A program made the translations under genes and the position numbers. A stretch of 64,000 nt of DNA, taken from NCBI GenBank assembly GCA_963767005.1, contig CAVYCN010000006.1:32001-96000 (forward strand), read 5' to 3'. The number at the start of each line of letters is the position of its first letter. Position 1 is the first letter of the stretch. Below are positions 39,119 to 47,292 of the stretch, in pieces. Under the pieces are notes generated by a model. The model was not told the origin of the DNA, did not search any database, and worked only from the letters and a program-made list of their open reading frames with translations. This DNA comes from an uncultured Actinomycetes bacterium (GTDB lineage: Bacteria > Actinomycetota > Thermoleophilia > UBA2241).

Positions 39119-40477
39119 TCACGCGCCGAGCCACACGCCCTGCCGACCAAGCTCCGCCTGCACGCGGCAGACGTCGACGGCGCTGGTGCCGCCGCCGCTC
39201 AGCGACACGGCGGCGGCGACCCCGGCGGCCTGGCCGGTCACCGCGCAGCACATCTGGTTGCGGGTCGCGGCGTGCGCGACGCGGTCGCCGGCGACGCAGC
39301 GCCCCGCGACCAGCAGGTTCTCGACACCCTCGGGCACGAGCACGCCGTAGGGCACCTGAAAGTAGCGGCCGGTCGTCGGCAGCACGAGCAGGCCGTAGCC
39401 GTCGATGAACTCGGGAAACACGCCGACCGCGTCGGCGAAGCGCGCCTCGCCCCGCACGTCGTTGCCGGTCAGCTCGTAACGCCCGACGATCTTGCGCGAG
39501 TCGCGCACGCCCAGGGTCATGCCGAAGGCACGCAGCCGGGCGCGCTCGAACCCGGGCGTGAAGCGGCGCAGGGCCTCGATTGCCAGCAGCGCCCGGCGCC
39601 GCCCCTCGATCTCGGCACGCGTCAGGTCGCGCACGTCGGTCGCGTCGTAGCCGCCCATCACCACGAGGTTGAGCGAGCTCACCTCGCCGTCGTCGCTGAC
39701 GTGGCCCCAGGTGCCGCCGATGCCCTGCACGTCGGTGGGGATCACACCGGCCTTGCGCGCCAGGTCGAAGGGCTCCTGCAGATAGGGGCTGAAGAGGTCG
39801 TCCTCTTTGCCGGTCGTCTCGACGTGCCAGCCGCTCGTCCAGTCGCCGTAGGTGGGAGCGACGATCGCCACATGATCGAGGAACCGGCGCTTGTCGACGC
39901 CCGAGCACGAGAACATCACGGTGACGCCGAGCGACTCGCCGGGCGCGATCGTGCGGCAGGGCGCGCCGGCGCGGCAGGCCAGGTCGGCGTCGCCGGTCGC
40001 GTCGATCACCCGTGCGGCGAGCACGGCCTGACGCCCCGACTTGCTCTCGGTGATGACTCCCCTGACGCGGCCGCCCTCGACGAGCGGCTCGACGGCGAGG
40101 CAGTGCAGCAACGGCTCGACCCCCGCCTCTTCGACGACGCGGTCGGCCACCACCTTGAAGAGCTCGGGGTCGAGCGCCTGGCTGCACGACTGCGCGTCGG
40201 GCGTCGTGGCGCCCATCTCCGCGGCGCGTCGCTCGAGCTCGACACCGATGCCGCGCAGGTCGACCGTGCCCTCGTGGCGGTACCAGGCGATCGTGTCGAC
40301 GCCGACCTGGGTGATCACGCCCCCCAGGCAGCCGTAGCGCTCGAGCAGCGTGGTGTGGGCGCCGGCGCGGGCGGCGGCCAGGGCGGCCGCCAGGCCGCCC
40401 GGGCCGCCGCCCACCACCAGGACCTCGGTCTCGCACAGGACGGGCGTACGACGAGCCGCCTCACGCACGTGACTCAC
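39119..40477 (-). CDS. FAD-dependent oxidoreductase (FAD_oxidored family)
   Basis: EVLVVGGGPGG, ERYGCLGG, IDATGDAD, GVRDSR, ENLLVAGRC. Start GTG 40477 inferred. Confidence 0.88.
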   Translation of the reverse strand: MSHVREAARRTPVLCETEVLVVGGGPGGLAAALAAARAGAHTTLLERYGCLGGVITQVGVDTIAWYRHEGTVDLRGIGVELERRAAEMGATTPDAQSCSQALDPELFKVVADRVVEEAGVEPLLHCLAVEPLVEGGRVRGVITESKSGRQAVLAARVIDATGDADLACRAGAPCRTIAPGESLGVTVMFSCSGVDKRRFLDHVAIVAPTYGDWTSGWHVETTGKEDDLFSPYLQEPFDLARKAGVIPTDVQGIGGTWGHVSDDGEVSSLNLVVMGGYDATDVRDLTRAEIEGRRRALLAIEALRRFTPGFERARLRAFGMTLGVRDSRKIVGRYELTGNDVRGEARFADAVGVFPEFIDGYGLLVLPTTGRYFQVPYGVLVPEGVENLLVAGRCVAGDRVAHAATRNQMCCAVTGQAAGVAAAVSLSGGGTSAVDVCRVQAELGRQGVWLGA

Positions 40478-40631
40478 GCGTTCACCGTCCAATAGAGCGT
40501 GGCGTATGGACCCATTCCCAGCCTCCAGACGGCGCTGTGGCGGCGCCGATCCGCCACGTTCGCGCGAGCGGCCGAAGCCTCGGTGGCACCGGTCCGCTGC
40601 CGTCGGCGAACGGTCGCAGCGGCCCTTCGCC

Positions 40632-40717
40632 GATTGACCGGTCTGGTAGGATGGCCCCCTGGCTAACCGACCGGTCAATCAGCCAGCCATTCCACCGCAG
40701 CGCGGAAGGAGTGTCAA
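40632..40717. promoter_or_regulatory. Two operator copies plus a minus-strand promoter between the FAD oxidoreductase and tetR
   Basis: GATTGACCGGTCTGGTA (40632-40648, inverted copy), TAACCGACCGGTCAATCAG (40664-40682), and TTGACA on - strand (40717-40712). Confidence 0.75.
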
Positions 40718-40825
40718 CCTGGGTCGGCCGGTGGGGGGCCGGCGGACGGTGGGGGGGCCGGCGGACGGCCACGGCGGCCGGACAGACTGCAGCGCGGAAA
40801 CGAGCCACGGCACGGGGGGAAGGAC

Positions 40826-41623
40826 GTGACGAGCGGCGACGAGAGCACGACCGCCAGGCCGGCAGGGCGGTCGACCGGGGGTCGGGCGGGTGCCGCAACA
40901 GGCCCGGCCGGGCGCGACCGTCGTGCGGCGACCACACGGCGCTACAAGGCCGACGTCCCGTCGGGCCGCCACTTCGACGACCCCCTCCCCACTCTGCCCG
41001 CGACGGCACGCAACCTGCTGCTGGCCGCCAAGCACATCATCGCGAGCCAGGGCTTTCACGCGCTCACGCTGAACAGCGTGGCGGCGGCGTCGGGCGAGAA
41101 CAAGGCGATGATCGCCTACTACTTCGGCAACAAGGCCGGCCTCGTGGCGGCGGTGCTGGACTCGGTCATCCACGACGAGTACGTCGCCTCGCTGAACCGC
41201 ATGAAGCACGTCGACCCGGCGCGCCGCTCCCATCAGCTCATCGAGGAGATGGGGCGCATGGCGAGCTCCACCGACGAGTTCTGCGTGTTCTTCGAGATGC
41301 TGCCCCACGTGCTGCGCGACGACGCCTTGCGGCTCCGGATCGCCCAGCTCTACCGCTGGTACTGGAGCATGAAGCTGCAGTGGCTCGGGGCGACCGACGG
41401 GGCGCTCGACGATCCCGAGCTGCTCGGCCTCACCCAGCTTCTCTCGGCCGTGATCGACGGCCTCGCCGTCCAGGTGGCCGTCGACCCGGCGATCGACCTC
41501 GCCAACCCGCTGGGCGTGCTCGCCGCGATGCTGCCGGACTCGCCGGGGCTGCCCCGGCCGACGGCGACCGGTCCTGCAGACGACGCCGGGCACACCCCGG
41601 CGCCGGCGCCCGAGCGACCGTAA
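40826..41623 (+). CDS. TetR/AcrR family transcriptional regulator
   Basis: LLLAAKHIIASQGFHALTLNSVAAASGENKAMIAYYFGNKAGL. Confidence 0.9.
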   Translation: MTSGDESTTARPAGRSTGGRAGAATGPAGRDRRAATTRRYKADVPSGRHFDDPLPTLPATARNLLLAAKHIIASQGFHALTLNSVAAASGENKAMIAYYFGNKAGLVAAVLDSVIHDEYVASLNRMKHVDPARRSHQLIEEMGRMASSTDEFCVFFEMLPHVLRDDALRLRIAQLYRWYWSMKLQWLGATDGALDDPELLGLTQLLSAVIDGLAVQVAVDPAIDLANPLGVLAAMLPDSPGLPRPTATGPADDAGHTPAPAPERP

Positions 41624-41634
41624 GGGGGCGCGGC

Positions 41635-42135
41635 TTGAAACGCGCGGTCCACGGTACGCAGAACGTCAGCCGCATGTGTCTGGTCTGCGGAGTCGAGAAC
41701 GAAGCCGGTCTGCACGGCAGCTTCCACGAGCTCGAGGGCGGCGAGCTGCTCGGCGTGTTCCGGCCGGGCCCCGAGCACCAGAGCTACCCCGGCCGCCTGC
41801 ACGGCGGGATCTCCTCGGCCATGCTCGATGAGACCATCGGCCGCGCCGTCACGATCGCCCACCCCGGCACCTGGGGAGTGACGGCCGAGCTCACCGTGCG
41901 CTTCCGCAAACCCGTGCCGCTCGACGGCGAGATCAGGGTGGTCGGCCGCATCACGCGCGACACGAGCCGCCTGTTCGAGGGCAGCGGCGAGATCGTGCTC
42001 GGCGACGGCACCGTCGCCGTCGAGGCCCGCGGCAAGTACGTGAAGATGCCGCTCGACGCCATCACCGACGGCGACTTCGACGAGCGCGACTGGTTCACCG
42101 ACCCGCGCACCCCGCCCGACACCGTCGAGCTGTAG
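41635..42135 (+). CDS. PaaI family hot-dog thioesterase
   Basis: CLVCGVENEAGL, HQSYPGRLHGGISSAMLDE, TAELTVRFRKPVP. TTG start inferred. Confidence 0.88.
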   Translation: MKRAVHGTQNVSRMCLVCGVENEAGLHGSFHELEGGELLGVFRPGPEHQSYPGRLHGGISSAMLDETIGRAVTIAHPGTWGVTAELTVRFRKPVPLDGEIRVVGRITRDTSRLFEGSGEIVLGDGTVAVEARGKYVKMPLDAITDGDFDERDWFTDPRTPPDTVEL

Positions 42136-42309
42136 CGGCCGGCGGCCCGCGCAGCGGCCCGCCGCACCGCCCGAGCAAGAGGACCCGCTCCTGTGCGGCG
42201 GGCCGACAGCCGGCGGATCGGACCCGACCATGACTCGGGCCGACCGCGCCGGCCATCGCCCCTCCGCGCCTCTCGAGCCAGCGGCACCCCTGCCTATTCC
42301 CCACCGCCA

Positions 42310-42448
42310 CCTCGCCCCACCGTTGGTCGCCCGGCCCCGCCTCGCCCTACCGTCGGTCGCCCAGCCCGCCGTCTCGCCGCACCGTCGGTCGACCGAGCTG
42401 CCGCCTGGCCCCACCGTTGGTCGACCGGCCGGCCCGCCGCCTCGCCCC
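42310..42448. repeat. Degenerate intergenic tandem repeat, about 30-36 bp x 4 plus a partial copy
   Basis: Core CTCGCCCCACCGTYGGTCG at about 42310, 42340, 42372 and 42404. Confidence 0.75.
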
Positions 42449-42475
42449 AGGCCTCTGCGCGCCGGTGCCGGCGAT

Positions 42476-42505
42476 TGTTGAGGCAAACTCATAACAGGGT
42501 AGACT
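42476..42505 (+). promoter_or_regulatory. Putative MarR operator and -10 box
   Basis: Imperfect inverted repeat TGTTGAG...CTCATAACA followed by TAGACT, upstream of marR. Confidence 0.5.
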
Positions 42506-42555
42506 CACAGTCGTGCCGTGAGCGGCACGATGCTCTCGAGCGAACGGAGAGACCC

Positions 42556-43107
42556 ATGACCACCCAGACGACCGCCGCGACGTCCAGCGGACCGGCGCGA
42601 GCCGGCGCCGACCTCGTCGGCCAGCTCGCCGAGCTGCTGGCCTGCGCGTCGTGGCGGTTGCGCCGCACCGCGCGCGCCGAGCTCGAGCCGTTCGGCCTGA
42701 CCTTCGGCCAGGCCCGCGCCCTGCGCCTGCTGTCGCGCGCCGGCGAGCCCTTGCGCATCGGCGAGCTCGCCGCCCGCCTCGAGATCGTGCCGCGCTCGGC
42801 GACGACGATGGTCGACACGCTCGAGGCCGCCGCCCTCGTGTCGCGGCGGCCCGACCCGCTCGACCGCCGCTCGATCCTTGTCTGTCTCACCGCCACCGGC
42901 GACGAGCTCGTGGCGCGCCTCGGCCGGGCCCGCAGGGCCAGCGCCGAGGCGCTCTTCGCACGGCTCGAGCGGCCCCAGGCCGAGCAGCTTCGCGACCTGC
43001 TCGCCACGCTGCTCGAACGTGCGCCGGGGCCGCGAGGCGAGCCCGCCCCCGCGAGCCCGCGGGCGGCGCGGGGCAAGCCGGCGTCGCCGGACGGGGCCGC
43101 CTCATGA
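42556..43107 (+). CDS. MarR family regulator
   Basis: GLTFGQARAL, ELAARLEIVPRSATTMVDTLE, DPLDRRS. Confidence 0.9.
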   Translation: MTTQTTAATSSGPARAGADLVGQLAELLACASWRLRRTARAELEPFGLTFGQARALRLLSRAGEPLRIGELAARLEIVPRSATTMVDTLEAAALVSRRPDPLDRRSILVCLTATGDELVARLGRARRASAEALFARLERPQAEQLRDLLATLLERAPGPRGEPAPASPRAARGKPASPDGAAS

Positions 43108-45131
43108 TGGGGCCCGGCGGCTTTGGGGCGCTGCGTTCGATGCGCCGCGGCGGCAAGGCGGACAAGGACGCCACCGTCCCGAAGGGCACGACGCGTCGCA
43201 TCCTGACCTTCGTAGCCCCGTACAAACGGCCCCTGGCGGTATTCCTCGTGCTTGTCGTGATCGACGCGATCGTGAGCGCGGCGAACCCGCTCATCTACCG
43301 CGAGATCATCAACCGCGGCATCCTGGGCCACGACGCCGGCCTGATCGTGGCGCTGGCCCTGCTGGTCGCCGGCATCTCGATCGCCGACGCCGGCCTGTCG
43401 CTCGTCGAGCGCTTCATCAGCGCCCGGGTCGGCGAGGGGCTCATCTACGACATGCGCACACGTGTGTTCGACCACGTGCAACGCATGCCGCTCGCCTTCT
43501 TCACGCGCACCCAGACCGGCGCCCTGGTGAGCCGCCTGAACAACGACGTGACCGGCGCCCAGGAGGCCTTCACCGACGTCCTGTCGAGCGTCATCGGCAA
43601 CCTCATCAGCGTGGGCATCGTGCTCGTCATCATGTTCGTGCTGTCGTGGGAGCTCACGCTCGTCGCGCTGGCGCTGCTGCCGGTGTTCATGCTGCCGGCC
43701 CGCTGGCTCGGCCGCCGGCTGCAAGCGATCACCCGCGAACGCTACGAGCTCACGGCAGAGATGAACAACGGCATGGTCGAGCGCTTCAACGTGGCCGGTG
43801 CGCTGCTCGTCAAGCTCTTCGGCCACCCCGAGGCCGAGAGCGCGGCCTTCAGCGACAAGGCCGCCCGCGTGCGCGACATCGACGTGGTGCAGGCGATCTA
43901 CGGGCGCTTCTTCTTCGTCGCCCTGCTGCTCACGGCGGCGCTTGCCACCGCGCTGGTCTACGGCTGGGGCGGCGTGCTCGCCGTGCACGGCGCGCTCGAC
44001 GTCGGTACGGTCGTCGCCCTCGTCGCCTACCTCAACCGGCTGTACGGGCCGCTCACGGCGCTCTCCAACATCAACGTCGACCTCATGACCGCGCTCGTGT
44101 CGTTCGACCGGGTCTTCGAGGTGCTCGACCTGCCGCCGATGATCGCCGAGCGACCCGATGCCGCGACGCTGCCGCGCGGACCGGCCCGCGTCGAGTTCGA
44201 TCACGTCGGCTTCGCCTACCCCACGAGCAGCGACGTCTCACTGGCCTCGCTCGAGTCGGTCGCCGTGCTGAACGACACGCCCGGCCAACAGGTGCTGCAC
44301 GGCGTGAGCTTCACGGCCGAGCCGGGTCAGCTCGTCGCCCTCGTCGGACCGTCGGGCGCCGGCAAGACGACGATCAGCCAGCTCGTGCCTCGCCTCTACG
44401 ACGTCGACGAGGGTGCGGTGCGCATCCACGACGTCGACGTGCGCGACGCGAGCTTCGCGTCGCTGCGCGGGGCGATCGGCATGGTCACCCAGGACGTCCA
44501 CCTGTTCCACGACACGATCCGCGCCAACCTGCTCTACGCCAAGCCCGACGCGACCGACGCCGAGCTCGCCGAGGTGCTGGGCGCCGCCCAGATCATGCCG
44601 CTGATCGAGTCGCTGCCCGACGGCCTCGCCACCGTGGTCGGCGACCGCGGCTACCGTCTGTCGGGCGGCGAGAAGCAACGCATCGCGATCGCCCGCCTGC
44701 TGCTCAGGGCGCCCGACGTGGTCGTGCTCGACGAAGCCACGGCTCACCTCGACTCCGAGTCCGAGCTCGCTGTGCAGGGCGCCCTCAAGGTCGCGCTCGC
44801 CGGCCGCACCTCGCTCGTGATCGCCCACCGCCTCTCGACGGTGCGCGACGCCGACCAGATCCTCGTGCTCGACGACGGCCGCGTCGTCGAGCGGGGACGT
44901 CACGAGGAGCTGCTGGCCGGCGGCGGCCTGTACGCCGAGCTCTACCGCACTCAGTTCCTCGGTCGCAACGGGGACGGCGACGGCCGGGTCGCGCAGGGCG
45001 ACGGCGACGAGGCGGGCGCTGAGCCCGATGGGGCGGGCGCTGAGCCCGGCGAGTACGGCGCGGCGCGCGACGAAGGGAACGTGGACCGCGACGCCGACGG
45101 CCGCCGCGCCGCGGAACTCGGCCTCGGCTAG
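43104..45131 (+). CDS. ABC exporter, fused permease/ATPase
   Basis: TM domain plus GPSGAGKT, LSGGEKQRIAIAR, LDEATAHLD. Confidence 0.93.
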   Translation: MMGPGGFGALRSMRRGGKADKDATVPKGTTRRILTFVAPYKRPLAVFLVLVVIDAIVSAANPLIYREIINRGILGHDAGLIVALALLVAGISIADAGLSLVERFISARVGEGLIYDMRTRVFDHVQRMPLAFFTRTQTGALVSRLNNDVTGAQEAFTDVLSSVIGNLISVGIVLVIMFVLSWELTLVALALLPVFMLPARWLGRRLQAITRERYELTAEMNNGMVERFNVAGALLVKLFGHPEAESAAFSDKAARVRDIDVVQAIYGRFFFVALLLTAALATALVYGWGGVLAVHGALDVGTVVALVAYLNRLYGPLTALSNINVDLMTALVSFDRVFEVLDLPPMIAERPDAATLPRGPARVEFDHVGFAYPTSSDVSLASLESVAVLNDTPGQQVLHGVSFTAEPGQLVALVGPSGAGKTTISQLVPRLYDVDEGAVRIHDVDVRDASFASLRGAIGMVTQDVHLFHDTIRANLLYAKPDATDAELAEVLGAAQIMPLIESLPDGLATVVGDRGYRLSGGEKQRIAIARLLLRAPDVVVLDEATAHLDSESELAVQGALKVALAGRTSLVIAHRLSTVRDADQILVLDDGRVVERGRHEELLAGGGLYAELYRTQFLGRNGDGDGRVAQGDGDEAGAEPDGAGAEPGEYGAARDEGNVDRDADGRRAAELGLG

Positions 45132-46372
45132 ATCGCCCAGCGCTCCCGTACGAGCACAGGCAGCTCGCCGGCGGCGGCGGTCACGCCGCTCACGGTCACG
45201 TCGGGAGCGCCGATCATGACGTCCTGGTGCACGTCCGATTCGTTCACGCCGCGCGCCTCGAGGGCGGCCGGGTCCTCAGGCAGACCGTCAGGGAACGAGT
45301 CGTGGATGGCGGCGCCCCAGGCGATGTGGCAGGCCGCGTTCTCGTCGAGCAGCGTCTCCTTGAACACGACGCCCAGGCGTCCGACCCGTGACGACGAGTC
45401 GACGAGCGCCACCTCGCCCAGCCGGCAGGCGCCCTGATCCTGGCTGATGCTGGCCTTCACGGCGTCGGCGTTGGTCCGCGCCTGCACATCGACGATGCGG
45501 CCGTCCTCGAAGCGCAGGACGAGCCCGGTGACGAGCTGGCCGTTCACTGTGACCGGCTTGGTCACGACCGCCGTGCCGCTCACCCCGCGAAAGTCGGGGG
45601 CGACGTAGATCTCCTCGCTCGGCAGATTGCAGAGGAACGTACGACCCCAGCTCGTCGTGAGCCAGGCGGGCTGCCAGTGGGCGTCGGCGTGCAGCGGGAT
45701 GTGCAGGTCGGTGCCGCCGCCGCGGAAGCGCACGGCGACGAAGCCCGCCTCGTCGAGGCGGCGCGCCTGAGCCTGGAGCTCGTCGCGGCGCGCGCTCCAG
45801 GCGGCCACCGGGTCGGGCTCGTCGAGGCGGACCGCGGAGAGCAGGTCGCGCCAGAGGCGGGCGACGTCGGGCTCGCCGTAGATGCGCCGCGCCCAGGCGG
45901 GCGTCGGGCAGGCACAGAGGCTCCAGTTCACGCGCGCCTGGATGGTGCGGTAGGCGGGCAGCGCGACCGCCGTCTGAAGCGCGCTGGCGCGTCCGGCCGG
46001 GACGCCGGCGTAGGGGTCGTCGAAGGGGTCGCCGAGGGTGCGGATGCGCGCCCAGCGCTCGTCGACGACGTTCTGGTAGGCGGCTTCGAACCAGGCCGGC
46101 ACACTCGTGGCGAGGGCATCGGTCGGCGCGCCGCCGGCCTTGGCGGCCAGCACCCGGTCGTCGAAGTAGATCGTCTCGGCGACGCTCGCGCCGCAGGCGT
46201 AGGCGCGCTCGGCGAGGGCGGCGATCAGGTAGCTGTGCGCCACGTCGCCGGTGATCAGGATCTTCTGGCCCTCTTCGAGGTTGACCGCGGCGCGTAGCAT
46301 GAGGTCGGCGTACCGCCGCAGGTCGGCGGCGCTGATGCCGTACGCGCCAGAAGGGTCGATGCTGTCGCTCAT
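45128..46372 (-). CDS. Aminopeptidase, M29 family (AmpS/PepS-like)
   Basis: NLPSEEIY, LGEVALV, LLDENAACHIAWG, NESDVHQDVMIG. Confidence 0.9.
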   Translation of the reverse strand: MSDSIDPSGAYGISAADLRRYADLMLRAAVNLEEGQKILITGDVAHSYLIAALAERAYACGASVAETIYFDDRVLAAKAGGAPTDALATSVPAWFEAAYQNVVDERWARIRTLGDPFDDPYAGVPAGRASALQTAVALPAYRTIQARVNWSLCACPTPAWARRIYGEPDVARLWRDLLSAVRLDEPDPVAAWSARRDELQAQARRLDEAGFVAVRFRGGGTDLHIPLHADAHWQPAWLTTSWGRTFLCNLPSEEIYVAPDFRGVSGTAVVTKPVTVNGQLVTGLVLRFEDGRIVDVQARTNADAVKASISQDQGACRLGEVALVDSSSRVGRLGVVFKETLLDENAACHIAWGAAIHDSFPDGLPEDPAALEARGVNESDVHQDVMIGAPDVTVSGVTAAAGELPVLVRERWAI

Positions 46373-46596
46373 GGATGGCTCCCCACTTCGAGCCGGCCGT
46401 GCCGGCCGCGGACCGTCGTACAGCTACGTTCTCCTGGCCCGCTACGATACACCTCGTGGCCGCTGCCCGCTCACGGCCCGGGGTCCCGGCCCGGCGGCGG
46501 CACCGGGCTCGTTGCGACCCCGCGCGGGTACAGTGCAGTCGCGCCGCGGCCCCCGGCGACCGAGGCGGTCCCTGGCTCACCGTCACGGAGGGCGCC

Positions 46597-47292
46597 ATGA
46601 ACATCGGCATCATCGGCTCGGGCATCGTAGCCCAGACCCTGGGTGAGCGTCTGCTCACCGTCGGCCAGCAGGTCATGATCAGCGCGCGCGACCCCGACGC
46701 GCCCAAGGACCTCGGCGAGCGCGGCGTCCTGGCGGCGGCCGGCGTGTGGGCGACCGCCCAGTACGACCAGGGCCGGCCGGCGGCGGCGGGCACGTTCGCC
46801 GAAGCGGCGGCCTTCGGCGAGCTTCTGATCAACGCCACGTCCGGCACGGGTTCGCTCGCCGCCCTGGCGGCCGCAGAGCAGGCCGACATCGACGGCAAGA
46901 TCATCCTCGACCTGTCCAACCCGCTCGATTTCTCGCACGGCATGCCGCCGCGCCTGTCGATCTGCAACGACGACTCGCTGGCCGAGCAGATCCAGGCCGC
47001 CTATCCCGGAGCGCGCGTCGTCAAGGCCCTGAACACAGTGACCGTCGCCGTGATGGTCGATCCCGGACGGCTCGGCGAGGAGACCGACCTGTTCGTGGCC
47101 GGCAACGACCACGACGCCCGGACCTGGGTGGCCGACAACGTGCTCAGGGACTGGCTGGACTGGGCGCGCGTGGTCGACCTCGGCGACCTGACCGCGGCAC
47201 GCGGCCTCGAGATGTACCTGCCGCTCTGGCTGCGCCTCTGGGGCGCGACGGGCACACCGCTGCTGAACGTGCGACTCGTAGTCGCGAGCTAG
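46597..47292 (+). CDS. NADPH-dependent F420 reductase-like / NADP oxidoreductase
   Basis: MNIGIIGSGIVA, LDLSNPLDFS, SLAEQIQ, VVKALNT, DLGDLTAARGLE. Confidence 0.85.
   Translation: MNIGIIGSGIVAQTLGERLLTVGQQVMISARDPDAPKDLGERGVLAAAGVWATAQYDQGRPAAAGTFAEAAAFGELLINATSGTGSLAALAAAEQADIDGKIILDLSNPLDFSHGMPPRLSICNDDSLAEQIQAAYPGARVVKALNTVTVAVMVDPGRLGEETDLFVAGNDHDARTWVADNVLRDWLDWARVVDLGDLTAARGLEMYLPLWLRLWGATGTPLLNVRLVVAS

Noticed and set aside
42310-42448. CRISPR array
   Set aside because: The units are degenerate and abut without unique spacers, and no cas genes are present.
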